Notes under the pieces: generated by a model | Told to the model about the DNA's origin: nothing | What the model saw: only the letters and a program-made list of their open reading frames with translations | The model's database searches: none | Source of the DNA: Chiloscyllium plagiosum | Lineage: Eukaryota | NCBI RefSeq assembly: GCF_004010195.1 | Contig: NC_057760.1 | Span: 2,632,647 to 2,696,646, forward strand | DNA: 64,000 nucleotides | Direction: 5' to 3' | Shown here: one piece after another, positions 25,587 to 37,511 of the stretch | Numbering within the stretch: position 1 is the first letter of the stretch | Layout: each line of letters begins with the position of its first letter | Position numbers and translations under genes: made by a program

Positions 25587-25912
25587 TTTAGATTAGATTC
25601 CCGACAGTGTGAAAACAGGCTCTTCAGCCCAACAAGTCCACACCAACCCTCCAAAGAGCACGCCACCCAAACCCATTCCCCTACATTTACCCCTGACTAA
25701 TGCACTTAACACTACAGGCAATTTAGCATGGTCCATTCACCTGGCCTGCACATCTTTGGGCTGTGGGAGGAAACTGGAGCACCCAGAGGAAACCTACGCA
25801 GACACTGGGAGAATGTGCAAACTCCACACACACACACAGTTGCCCGAGGTGGGAATTGAACCCGGTTCCCTGGTGCTGTGAGGCAGCAGTGCTAACCACT
25901 GAGCCACCGAGC
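25587..25912 (-). mobile_element. HE1-type SINE
   Basis: A/B box head, central domain, (TTAGA)n tail on +. Confidence 0.88.
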
Positions 25913-26139
25913 CAACTAACGCAAAATAATTCAGATTGGATCCTTCAAAATTATGGATCAGTGGTTAAGTCCCAGTTGCTCAAGTGATTTTCGACAAGTC
26001 TTGTGGAGATTGAGCTGGGCCTCTTGTCTATCAAATGAAATAAGTGGAGACTGATCAATTAATTCCAAGTCTCAGAAGTGAAACACCATATTCTGATGTT
26101 TAATGCTATCTCTGTGTGGTCTATTATTGTGAGAATTCT

Positions 26140-26234
26140 AGTTCAGAGAAAATGCTGGAAGTACTCATCAGGTCAGACAGCATCTGGGGAGAGAAATGTG
26201 TTGACATTTCAGGTTGGTGGCCTTTCGTCAGAAC
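26140..26234 (-). mobile_element. PLE terminal-repeat fragment (fourth family) with hammerhead motif at 26200-26234
   Basis: Minus strand: GTT-CTGACGA-A-AGG CCACCAA CCT-GAA-ATGT-C-AAC. Confidence 0.6.
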
Positions 26235-26440
26235 AGAATATCTGAACCTAATGTTTTCTTCAAAGAAAAATAAAATCAATAAGTTGGATCTTAACAAATC
26301 TTCATAACACTGCTTTATTCTGGTTTTCTTTCCTGACATGGTTCACTCAATTCCTCAAAAATATTCCTGATCAGACAACGGTGTTTGGTCCCACAGTCAT
26401 TTCTTCCTCTTGCAGAATTGTAATATTTTAATGTTGTATC

Positions 26441-26749
26441 TTAGATTAGATTAGATTACATTAGATTAGATTACATTACATTACAGTGTGGAAACAGGCC
26501 CTTCGGCCCAACAAGTCCACACCGACCCGCCGAAGCGCAGCCCACCCTTACCCCTAACCTAACACTGCGGGCAATTTATTATGGCCAATTCACCTGACCT
26601 TGCACATCTTTGGACTGTGGAAGGAAACCCACGCAGACACGGAGAGAACGTGCAAACTCTACACAGTCAGTTGCCTGAGGCAGGAATTGAACCCGGGTCT
26701 CTGGCGCTGTGAGGCAGCAGTGCTAACCACTCTGCCACCGTGCCGCCCA
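26441..26749 (-). mobile_element. Young HE1-type SINE with (TTAGA/TTACA)n tail
   Basis: Intact head GGGCGGCACGGTGGCAGAGTGGTTAGCAC...GGTTCAATTCC. CpGs retained. Confidence 0.9.
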
Positions 26750-28013
26750 CAAACGCCTGGTACAAGTTAATAAAGCCAGATGTATTGTACAGCTGGTAAT
26801 CTCAGTTTAGTAAACCTTTTTGCTGGTAGTCTTGTCATCTATCTATATGCTCCAAGACCTCAGGGTGCCATCCTCCTCTCCAAGCTGGGTCATTTGATAT
26901 TCTAATGTGTTCACTTTGTTTTTTCAACTGTCCCTTTTAGATTTACTTTTTGCTTGACCATAATATGGTTTTAATTAATTGCAAAGGTCAGTTGATTATT
27001 GAACAGCAAAACTGGCTTAATACTCGGATTTTGTTATTGTGTGCTATATGTCTTATTTTAGTTGTCTTCAATTTTATATTGTTTGGGGACTGCAGTAGTA
27101 TTCCTTAATGCACATTCCCAAAGGTTTTACCTGATGGTCAGCATTTACAGAATTCAGACAGCTTCAGAAATTTGGAAATAAATGGGAGGTCATCCTCAAT
27201 AGAGTTAGCAACAAGTCTTGATTTTGGTCCCTGAGTGACTGGCAGTGGAAAATGTGGAGCACTGCACTGCAACAGAATTGGATTTTGTTTGGCCTGTTTG
27301 TTCCTCAGGGTGCTGTCTCTTGCAGCAATACTGCTCTACAGATTGCAGGCCCACATCCAGCTACCTCAGCTGAGTGGTCTATAACATCTGTGAGAGGGCT
27401 CGGAGAAAGGGAGGATTGCGGTTGCTGGAGATCAAAGTAGAGAGTGTGATGCTGAAAAAGCACAGCAGGTCAGGCAGCATCCGAGGAGCAGGAGAATTGA
27501 CATTTTGGGCGTGAGCCCTTCATCAGGAATAGGCTAGTGGGCTGTAGGGTGCTGAGAGATAAATGGTTGGGGGGAAGGTAGCTGAGAATGTGGTGGGTAG
27601 ATGAAGGTGGGGGAGAAGGGGATGGAGCAGATAGATGGGAAAGGTGATGGGCAGGTCAGGAGGGCAGTGCCGAATTGGACGCTTGGGACTGGAATAATGT
27701 GGAGGGGAGGGTAAATTAGGAATCTGGTGAAATCCACATTGATCCAGAGTGGTTGAAGATTTCCAAGGCAGCATATGAGGCGTTCTTCCTTCAGGTGTCA
27801 GGTGGTAAGCTTTTGCCTGTGGTGGAGGCCCAGCACCTGCATGTCCTTGGAGGGGGAATTGAAGTGTTCAGCAGTGGAGTGGTGGGGTTGGTGCGGGTAT
27901 CCCAGGATGTTCTTTGAAATGATCTGCAAGTTGGCTTCCTGTCTCCCCAATGCAGAGAAGACCACATCGGGTGCAATGGATCCTGTAGATGACATTGGTG
28001 GACATACAAGTAA

Positions 28014-28167
28014 GTTTGTGAGAAGATTTGTAGCTCGGGTGCTCGTTGCTGTGGTTCTGTTCGCCGAGCTGGAAGTTTTTGTTGCAAACGTTTCGTCCCC
28101 TGTCTAGGTGACATCCTCAGTGCTTGGGAGCCTCCTGTGAAACTTCCAGCTCGGCGAACAGAACCAC
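28014..28167 (-). mobile_element. ~155-bp mini-PLE inserted in the Neptune-like element
   Basis: TACAAGTAA duplicated at 28005-28013 and 28169-28177. Perfect 28-bp inverted repeat at 28051-28078 and 28140-28167. Confidence 0.85.
28084..28123 (-). ncRNA. Minimal type I hammerhead ribozyme motif, intact core (GUU triplet)
   Basis: Minus strand: GCA-CTGAGGA-T-GTCACCT AGAC AGGGGAC-GAA-ACGT-T-TGC. Confidence 0.75.
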
Positions 28168-30869
28168 GTACAAGTAAATTTGTCGGATGCAGAAGGATCC
28201 TTTGGGGCCTTGGATGGAGGTGAAGGGGAAAGTGTGGGTGCAGGTTTTGCACTTTCTGTAATGGCGGGAAAGTGCCAGGAGTGAGGTGAGGGCTGGTGGG
28301 AGGCGTGGATCTGATGAGGGAGTCACTGAGGGAATGGTCTGTCTGAATCAGCCGGTAGGGATGGGAAAAGAAAAACATATGGTGGGGTCTGTTTGTAGGT
28401 GATGGAGGGTGATGCAATGTATACGGAGGTTGGTGCGGTGGAAGGTGAGGATCAGGGACGTTGTGCCCTTGTTGGGTTCAAGGGGGGGGTGGGGGAGGGG
28501 GGAGGGGGAGGGGGAAGGGGAGGAGAGGAGAGTGGAGGAGTGGAAGAGATGTGCCAGAGGGCATCGACCACATGGGAAGGGAAATTGCGATCTTGGAAAA
28601 AGGAGGCTGTTTGGGATTTTATCAGGTGGAATTGGTCATCCTGGGAATAAAGGTGGAGGAATAAGGGATGGCGTTTTTACAGGAGGTAGGGTGGGAGGAG
28701 GTGTAGGAGTCATTGGCCTTATAGTAGATATCTGTGGTTAGTCGGTCTCCAGGGTTGGAAATGGAGGGGTCCAGGAAGGGGAGGGAGGTGTCCGAGATGA
28801 TCCAGCTGAATTTGAAGTTGGAGTGAAAGGAGTTAGTGAAGTTCATAAACTGTTCAACCTCATGGGAACATGAGGTAGTGCCAATACAGTCATGGATGTC
28901 ACAGAGGAACAGGTGGGAGGGGGGGGTGATGCTGCAGAAGGTGAACTGTTCCGCATACCTGACAGAGGCTGGGTCTCATGTGGGTGCCCATGGCTACTCC
29001 TTTTGGTTTGGTGGAATTGAGAGGATTGGAAGGAGAAGTTAAGGGTGAGGACTAGTTCAGCCAGGTGGATAAGGATGTCACTGGAAGGGTACTGGTTGGG
29101 ACAGCTTGAGAGGAAGAAACAGAGGGCTTGGAGGCCTTTGTTATGGCGGATGGATGCATGTCACCTTTCCCACCTATCCGCTCCATCGTCCCCTCTGACC
29201 TATTATCATCTCCCTCACCTTCATCTACCTATCGCATTCTCAGCTGCCCCTCCCCCCCCCCCCCCCCCCCAATCCCATTTATCACTCCGGTCCACAAGCC
29301 TATTCCTGATGAAGGGCTTATGCCCAAAACATTGATTCTCCTGCTCCTCGGATGCAGCCTGACCATCTGTGAGAGTACTGTCAGGTTATTTAACGATTTG
29401 AGGGTTACCAGTTGCATCTAATTGTTCTTTAGCCCACTTTCTATGTGGAATGTCAGAGATTAACAATGTTTGCCCCTTGTCTGAGGACCATTATCAAGTG
29501 TATCCTGAGTTGAAAGTGAACCCAGCTCAGGTCTGTGGTTTTCATGGCCTGTATGGGTCAGTCATGAAAGACAGTGGGCTACTGTTCAATCATAGGACCA
29601 CTTAATGCAGAGTAGCATGAGTGGTAGCTTTTGGTGAAGTACAGTGGCTAAATGGCTGTGCTCCACTTGTCAAGAGATGGGAGTTTGACAGCAGGGCATG
29701 ATGCTAAAACAACAGAGATCAGGATTTTAATAATATTTAGTTATGTGGCATTGAATCATTTTTAAGTTTTTGTGGAAGGATAGTCAGCTTTTCATAAATT
29801 TAGAAAAATTATACTTCCTAATTTCTAGTAATGACCTGTTTGTATTACAGTGACTGATTCAAACTAAAAATGAACTTAGTGGGTTTATCTTGATGGCTGC
29901 CTGGATACAGTTTGTGATTGCCAGTATGAAGTTGTCTACATAATCATGAATTGAAATATGTACAGATACTAGACCCAGGATAATCCAGTGACAGTGCATT
30001 CTCCACATATAGGAACATCTTGGGCAACCTCTTAAAACAAGCTATTTGCCTGTGGTCACTGCAATATATTTTCAGTTAATGAACCTATAGTTGTAAATGT
30101 ATCTGGCAAATGTTATGTTTTTAAATGCTGATCCTCTGTCCCGTGATTCTGTCAGTTTTAAGTTTGAACTCCTGCCTTGGCTTTTGCTGAGATGCAGAGA
30201 TCGTATCAGGCTTCGATGTCAACCTGATGCCAGTCTTTGGATCCCAGTCTAACTTAAACTGAAATCGTTATTCTGAATGGAAAAAGGACTTACTCATTGT
30301 TCTGTGTGGTTAGACAATTTATGATTACTCACCTGTGAATCCAAAAGATGGGCATTGTTACAAGTACAGCACCATTCACCTGTAAAAATGCTGAAAAGAC
30401 TGTGTTCCGATTTCTCACGTTTGTGGGGGAAGAGAGTTACTGTCCACAGGAATTTATTACTGGTTCAATTCTAATCTTTGTTCATCTGGAGTGGGGCTTC
30501 CCAAAGCAGGGTTCCAGATCCAGGTGGGGAGGTGAGCTGAAATCGTGGGCTCCTGAGCCATGAGTCAGCAATGGCTGTTCTTGGAGCTCTGACAAAGTAT
30601 AACAATTGTCTTCCCACTCTCTCTGTTCTCACTGAGGGGTGTCAGCAATTTTCAGTCCTCGAAGTTGAAAAATGTTTGGGCAGCCCTGATCTAGAGCAAG
30701 ACTGTGCCTCTCGTGCCTTAAGTATTCCTGTGGCCTTAAGGTCACCTTGAGAGGGAGGTGGGTATGAATCCCACATTCAATAACCAAGAATATTTTCTCA
30801 TTCTCCTTGTCCCCTCCTTTTGTCATTTCCATCACCCAGGTGTAGTCTAAAGCCACCAAATAACAACAT

Positions 30870-33260
30870 CACATTGGGGTGGGCAATCAGCAAAGTAGTA
30901 ACCAATGCCCGTAAAAATGGTACGGCAATTATCATGGAGGATTTTAATCTGCGACTCGATTGGTCAACCAACTCGGTCAGGGTAGCCTTGGGGAGATCAT
31001 TGAGTGTATCTGCAATAGTTTTCTTGAGCAGTATGTAATGGAACCAACGAGGAAGCAAGCTATCCTCGATCTGGTCCTGTGTAATGAGACAGGAATAATT
31101 AATGACTTCATAGTTAGGGATACTCTTGGAAGGAGCGATTACAGTATGGTCAAATTTAGAACACAGAAGGAGAGTGTGAAGATAAAATCCAATACCAGGG
31201 TCCTGTGCTGAAACAAGGGAGACTAAAGTAGGATGGAGGACTTGGCCGAAAGTAGACTGGAAGCTAAGAGTTTATTGTGGCACAGTTGAGGACTTTCAAA
31301 GCAATTTTTCCAAGTGTTCAGCAAACGTATATTCCAGTGGAAAGGAAGGACTGTAAGAAAAGGGGTAATCTGCCACGGGTGCCTAAAGAAATGGGCATTT
31401 AGTCATAGGATATGACGAAATGGCCGAGGCGTTGAATAGGTATTTTGTGTTGGTCTTCACAGTGGAAGACATAAATAGCATGCCAGTAATTGATAAAGAG
31501 ACACAGGTAGGTAAGGGCCTGGAAACAATCATTATCACGGAAGAGGTAGTATTGGGCAAGCTAATGGAACAAAGGATAGACAAGTCTCTTGGCTCTGATG
31601 GAATGCATCCCACAGTACTAAAAGGGATGGTGGGAGAAATAGCAAGTGCACATGTAATTTTCCAAAATTCGCTGGACTGTGGGAGAGTTCCAGCAGATTG
31701 TGTCACCATTGCTGTTTCCCAATGTTTAAAAAGGGTGGTAGACAAAAGGTGGGGAAATAGAGACCATCAAAGTTTGTGAGAAGATTTGTAGCTCGGGTGC
31801 TCGTTGTGGTTCTGTTCGCCGAGCTGGGAATTTGTGTTGCAGATCTTTCGTTCCCTGTCTAGGTGATATCCTCAGTGCTTGGGAGCCTCCTGTGAAGCGC
31901 TTCTGTGATGTATCCTCCAGCATTTATAGTGGTTTGAATCTGCCTCTTCTGGTTGTCAGTTCCAGCCGTCCGTTGCAGTGGTCGGTATATTGGGTCCAGG
32001 TCGATGTGCTTATTGATTGAATCTGTGGATGAGTGCCATGCCTCTAGGAATTCCCTGGCTGTTCTCTGTTTGGCTTGTCCTATAATAGTAGTGTTGTCCA
32101 AGTCGAATTCATGTTGCTTGCCATCTGAGTGTGTGGCTACTAAGGATAGCTGGTCGTGTCGTTTTGTGGCTAGTTGGAGTTCATGGATGCGGATCCTTAG
32201 TAGCCACACACACAGATGACTTGGAACCTGTTTACGACCCCCTGAGAAAAAATAACAGGAAATGACATCACCAAAACACAAATGGAAAGCGGGCCATGCC
32301 ACCAGTGCTTCATCCGGAGGCTCACTGATGATTTTACCTAGTCTGGTGATGAAACGTCTGAAAGTGAACCTTCCAGCTCAGCGAGCAAACCTACATCCAT
32401 GAGTGGCAGAGCAAAGCATACAGAGGACTGTAAAACTTTGCAGAGGAATATAGTTTGTGAGTAGGCAAAGGTCTGGCAGATGGAGTACCATGTTAATAAA
32501 TATGAAGTCATCCATTTTGGTAGGATTAACAGTAAAAAGGACTGTTACTTGAATGGTAAAACATTGCAGAATGTTATGCCGAGGGACCTAGGTGTCCTTG
32601 TGCATGAATCGCAGAAGGTTGGTCTGCAGGTAATTAGGAAGGCAAGTGGAATTTTGCCCTTCATTGCTAAAGGGATTGAGTTTAAAAGCAGGGAGGTTAT
32701 GTTTCAACTCTACAGAGTGCTGGTGAGGCTGCACCTGGAGAACTGTGTGCAGTTTTGGTTTCCTTACTTGAGAAAAGATGTACTGGCACTAGAGGGGGTG
32801 CAGAGAAGGTTCACTAGGTTGATTCTGAAGTTGAGGGGTTTGACTTCTGAGGGTAGACTGGGATTATATTGATTGGAATTTAGAATGAGGGGGTATCTTA
32901 ACTACTCCCTTCAAAATTTTACGTTTCTATAAGATAGAAGTAGGGAAGGATGTTTCCACTGGCGGGTGAAACTAGGGCAAGAGGGCATAGCCTCAGTGAG
33001 GGGGAGCAGATTTAGGACCGAATTAAGAAGGAGGAGCTTCACCCAGAGGGCTGTGAACCTATAGCATTCCCTGCCCAGTGAAGTAGTTGAGGCTTCCTCA
33101 ATAAATATTTTTAAAGCTAAGATTTTTTGAACCGTAAGAGAATTAAGGGTTATGGTGAGAGAGCAGGTAAGTAGAGCTGAGGCCACACAAAGATCAGCCC
33201 TGATTGACTGAGCAGGCTCAAAGGGCTAGATAGGCAACTCCTGCTCCTATTTATTATGTT
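30870..33260 (+). mobile_element. CR1 LINE ORF2 remnant (AP endonuclease to 3' UTR), internally deleted and interrupted by a PLE
   Basis: IIMEDFNL, ILDLVLCNE...LGRSDYSMV, LNRYFVLVFT, RDLGVLVH, LEGVQRRFTRLI. Confidence 0.88.
31770..32399 (-). mobile_element. PLE (probably Poseidon-like) GIY-YIG C-terminus plus terminal repeat, with an inverted second terminus at ~32193-32399
   Basis: RIHELQLATKRHDQLSLVATH...HEFDLDNTTII...REFLEAWHSSTDSINKHIDLDPIY. Hammerhead variants at 31839-31878 (-, decayed) and 32322-32361 (+). Confidence 0.85.
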
Positions 33261-34101
33261 TTTCTGTATCTCTTCTACTGAATCCTAAACAAATAACATT
33301 TTGCCTACTTCCAACTCCTTCAGTTACCTTATTGCCCTACCCTTGACTAAGTGTTTGCTATCATGTAAATAGCTCTCTTTGTACAGGTTATCACTTCCTG
33401 CCTATCAACATGATGGTGTTGACCCTCTATGACACTGACATTTGTCAGAAACACAATCTTTCCAAAGATAATTCTGAAGTCTAGCCTCCTTTATCCTGTA
33501 ATATCCTTGAACATCTTGTGCCCTATTCTGAAGAAAGCGAGGATTTATAAAGGGTCACAATAACTTACTTTTGTACTCTATATTGCTCTATTAACAAACC
33601 CCAGGAGACTTTTAAAAAAAACACTTTTTCTCATCTTATTCTGCGACCCACACTCCCACAAAAAAGTTACTTTATTCCTGTGCGGTCTTTGTAAACGCTG
33701 CAGTTCATTTATGTTGGCTCTCTTGGTTCATTCTATTGAAATATGACTGTACACTTATCCACATTAATTTGGCGTTCATTCATTTCATCAGCCTATGTCT
33801 TTCCCTTAACTGTCTTCCATATTGTTTACTACTTTTTTTTTGAAAACTATAAAATGAAGTCTTGCATTTTGAAGTTCAAATCATGAAACCACTGCATTTC
33901 ATGATGCAGGTAATAGCCCTAATCTCAACTCCTGAGAATTACTATATGTTCCACCAGCCAGATAAAGAGTAGTTGACCACTACACTCTGCTTTTGGTCAC
34001 TAAGCCAATATTGAACCCACACTGCCTTTTGTTTATTTAATCACATGGATTTAAATTTGGTAGCAGACCTTTTGCATCGCATGTCAGATGCCTTTTGCAA
34101 A

Positions 34102-34230
34102 TTTCTGAAGAACCATATTAGATTTGAAACATTAACTCTTGTTTTTCTCTCCACAGATGTTGCCAAACCTGAGTTTCTCCAGCACTTATTTTTTTTCTGA
34201 TCTCCAAACTGCAATATTTTACTACTTATT
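34102..34230 (+). mobile_element. Decayed PLE terminal-repeat fragment (same type as 26140, 60575 and 62605)
   Basis: ctgaaga...gaaacattaactc...ctccacagatgttgcc...tttctccagca. Confidence 0.5.
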
Positions 34231-35139
34231 ATTGCTTTTTTTATTCCTTTTACATTTTATTTTGCTCTTCTGCTTCATCCAGAAACGATTGTCATTTTGT
34301 CTTTAAGAGTTTTAAAGCATTCACAGTTTTGTTGAAAATCGCCAGTCTCAATGTATTCCTTGACTGTTGCATTTGTTTGACACAATTGAGCATACTATCC
34401 TCTCCCTTTCAGTACTTGCTGGTTGATAAGAGGACATGAAAAAATTAGAAATGGGGCATTGTGTAGATGGAGAGGAAACAAATGAGAGAGGTTGGTTCTT
34501 GGCAAGGAGGAAAATGAGACTCTGAATGGCCCTGTGGGCATGCAAAGTCCTACGGTACTTGTTTTATGGGGCTTACAGTAATCATATTATCATGTGTGAT
34601 GTGTTTATGGTTTCTGCAATGTGTGACTGGCCTGTCATTCAGAATGTAAACATAAGTGTCCATCGCATTGAAGCGAGCCCTAGAAACCTTAATTGCTGGC
34701 ACTGATGTTTTGAAGAAGCCTCTTCTCCTGCCTCTGAAACCATTGCTCTGCCTTGGACGACCTCATCCAGTATGTCATGACATCACTTGAAACATAAGTT
34801 TACATTTTACTAGTATCCCATTATTCCTGTCTTCAGTTTCACCTTTTCACTTTCAAAACAGAACTTTTCAGCTATTGTCCAAAATAAGAACTCCGTTTTT
34901 ACTTATAGCTTTGATCTCTTGGAAAATTTAACTTTTTTTTGGAGAGAGTGTTTTTTTTTCTTTGGGCCAACTAATGAGACTGAGTAGGTATCAGGTAAAA
35001 TTGGGACTGCAAATCCTTGAGCACTGGGAGAGGGGGGAGATTACAAATATTATCGGAGCAAACAGGAACAGTTCTGATGGTACTAAGCAGAGCATTGACT
35101 TCTATTAATGTAGGATGGTGAACAGAAAGACAAACAGCC

Positions 35140-35640
35140 AAGAATTGTCATCCAGCCAAAGAAAGGATATTACAAAAGATGCGATAAAGCTTGGGTTGAA
35201 AGGTATGCTTTGTGGAGAGTCTTAAAGGAGGTGGACAGATAGTGACAGATGAACTTAAGACCCAGGCAGCTGAAGACGCAGCTGTCTGGATCTAGGGGTC
35301 ATTATTTTTAAAAAAAAAAGGTTGCCCATTTAAGGAGAAATTTCATCTCAAAGATAATCGGGAATCTTTGGAATTCTCCTCCTCAAGGTCCTGTAAGTTG
35401 AGACTTTTGAAGGCCAGAGGTTTGTAGATTCTCGATAAGCTCAGGGCAAAAGGTTATTGGGGTTGGTGGGAATGTATAAGAACCAAATCAGCCTTGATCT
35501 TGTGGAAAGGGGGGAAGCAGGCTCAAGGGGCTGAGTGGTCCATTTCTCATTCGCATAACAGGGGATAAGGGCAAACAGAGTAGGGACTGTGTTAGAGGAA
35601 CATAAGAGTTCTAAATGTGGAGGAAATGTGAAATTTGAAT
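35140..35640. mobile_element. Old L2-like remnant with a nested CR1 tail (~35290-35550)
   Basis: Weak similarity to other copies in the window. Confidence 0.4.
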
Positions 35641-36399
35641 GTGAGGAAAAGTAAGATGTGACTTATTTTTCCCCCATTTCTCTTTCTGGGAAGGTGCTTA
35701 TCTCCACAAATGTTCTTTTTATTTGGTATACAAGCAGAGAGATTTTTATGTGCATGGTAACTTGTGGGCCAAGTTGAAATTCTGCAATAGTAATTACTAG
35801 ACAGATGTTTCTGCGTGGAACTCATTGACTGTAATCTATGCTATCAATTACTAGACAAATCTTTTAAAATATCTACTATTCAGTCGTGGATCTACCAGCT
35901 AGGAAAATCTTTTCCTTTGTGAATTGGCAAAGATAGCCTAAGATCAATTACTTCAAAGTTGTGAAGCAGGATTTTAGTGTTGTGCTACCATTCAGGTTTG
36001 GAATCAAGAGTATGACTATGAAAACTGATTACTGAACATAGCAATACTGAGGCATGTCAAATGCCCCCTGGTGTAGAAAGATCATTTCAGCTGTATGAAT
36101 TGAAGATGTACCTGCCACAGACATTTGTCTTTTTTTAATCAGCCAGCTGCTGCAGACGTTGTGGGCTTTAAACTATTCTTGCAATATGACAGGCTTGTTC
36201 AGCAAATATTTCTTCTTCTTACGCAATGCTTTGGCTTTGAATGGAATATAATGTATTTTGTGCTGTGGCACATAACTGTGTTCTTTTGTTGAGCAGCCTT
36301 GATAACGCACGTGGTTGGTGGAGGTTTATGTGTGTTCTTCACCTCATAATGAATTGCAAAGAAAATGAAATTGGTGGATTCACAGCACTGCAAATTTTG

Positions 36400-36840
36400 G
36401 AATAAGATTGTACACAGTGAAGGTTACAGTGATAGGGAGCAATAAGGCCATTGATGTATTTGTGAGGATGGAATCTAAAGCATTGAGAAATAGAAGGGAG
36501 CGAGTGGAGATCAGATAGATGAGTGGGAGATGATGTGGAATAGGAAACAGGCAATGCAGTTCAGCGTGAGCTAATGTTTACTGGCTTTGGAAAGGAATGT
36601 CAGCCAGGAGAACATTGGAATAAATTTGGTGGTTACGCACAAATGGACGAGAACCTTTAGCAGTTTTGTTGAGTCAGGTCATACCATTGAGGGTTCTTTG
36701 TAATGGAGAGAGTGTAAGGTCACATGCTCAGCTCAGTGTCAAATGGAATGCTGGAGGTCATGAACTGTCTGATCAATTTGAAGGGGAGGGGAAAGTACGT
36801 CATGAAGGACAAAGACTGTAGCTTTGATCTTCTCAAATTG
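36400..36840 (-). mobile_element. L2-clade LINE ORF2 C-terminal remnant
   Basis: SPTHLSDLHSLP...INGLIAPYH resembles the L2 motif SPITPVLxxLHWLP...LHGLAPPYL. Confidence 0.55.
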
Positions 36841-36845
36841 ATCTT

Positions 36846-36967
36846 CACCTGACAAAGGAGCAGCACTCCGAAAGCTTGTGATTTGAAATACAACTGTTGG
36901 ATTATAACCTGGTGTCGTGTGACTTCTGACTTTGTCCACCACAATCCAACAATGGCACTCCACGTCA
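36846..36967 (+). mobile_element. PLE terminal-repeat fragment with hammerhead (36846-36880, G8 to A)
   Basis: CAC-CTGACAA-A-GGAG CAGCA CTCC-GAA-AGCT-T-GTG. Confidence 0.7.
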
Positions 36968-37511
36968 AATTAATCCTTTTTTCTTAATGCTGGCTTCACT
37001 GTTCACTATTTACTTGTTCCTTTTTGGTACAAAATGTCAAAGAAAAATCCAAGACCCAAGTTAGGAGGAAATCATATTCACCTCAGTCCAGTAATCAAGA
37101 TTCAGATTTAAAAGTTTCATTTAATATCTTCAACCAGTACTGTCAACAAAAGTTGCCTTTGAAGCATTTCTAATGTTACGATCCTTTTTTAATTATTTAA
37201 ATCTTAAGATATATTGCCCAGTATTGCTTTGGTTCCATCTGAGGTCTGTTATATTTTAGTTGTTATCCTTTGTATGTCCATCTTACAGACAGCACTGAGT
37301 TAACCCTTTGATCATTTATTTTTCAGCAATTTTTGCTGGCATTGCTTTGAAATTAAGGGAATTTTCAAAATGGGCAATGTTAGTTGGGAATATTGGGTAA
37401 CAATTGTAATTTTTGAATAGATTTTATCAATGAACAGAAACACTAGACTCTGCTTCTATCAGGTGAAGAGCCTCATGTGACCATTTCTTTTTTTTTCTGC
37501 AATGTACACAG

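Larger units (their letters stand above)
27397..29363 (-). mobile_element. Neptune-like PLE with RT, Cys linker and GIY-YIG remnants, inverted arms and 12-bp TSD
   Basis: GVAMGTHM, LPFLD...LTTDIYYK...SSHPTSCKNAIPYS, RKCKTC, NVIYRIHCTRCGLLCIGETG. Arms ~27470-27650 and ~29160-29363 are inverted. CATCTGTGAGAG at 27385-27396 and 29364-29375. Both arms carry decayed hammerheads (CTGATGA-A-GGGC..GCCC-AAAA). Confidence 0.88.

Noticed and set aside
26441..26484. (TTAGA/TTACA)n array as telomeric or CRISPR-like repeat
   Set aside because: It is the SINE 3' tail: no spacers, and not TTAGGG
26670..26749. tRNA gene
   Set aside because: The A/B boxes belong to a SINE head joined to the SINE body
1..37511. 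ASH1L first coding exon or promoter
   Set aside because: No ASH1L N-terminal peptide or CpG island seen; presumably upstream of the window
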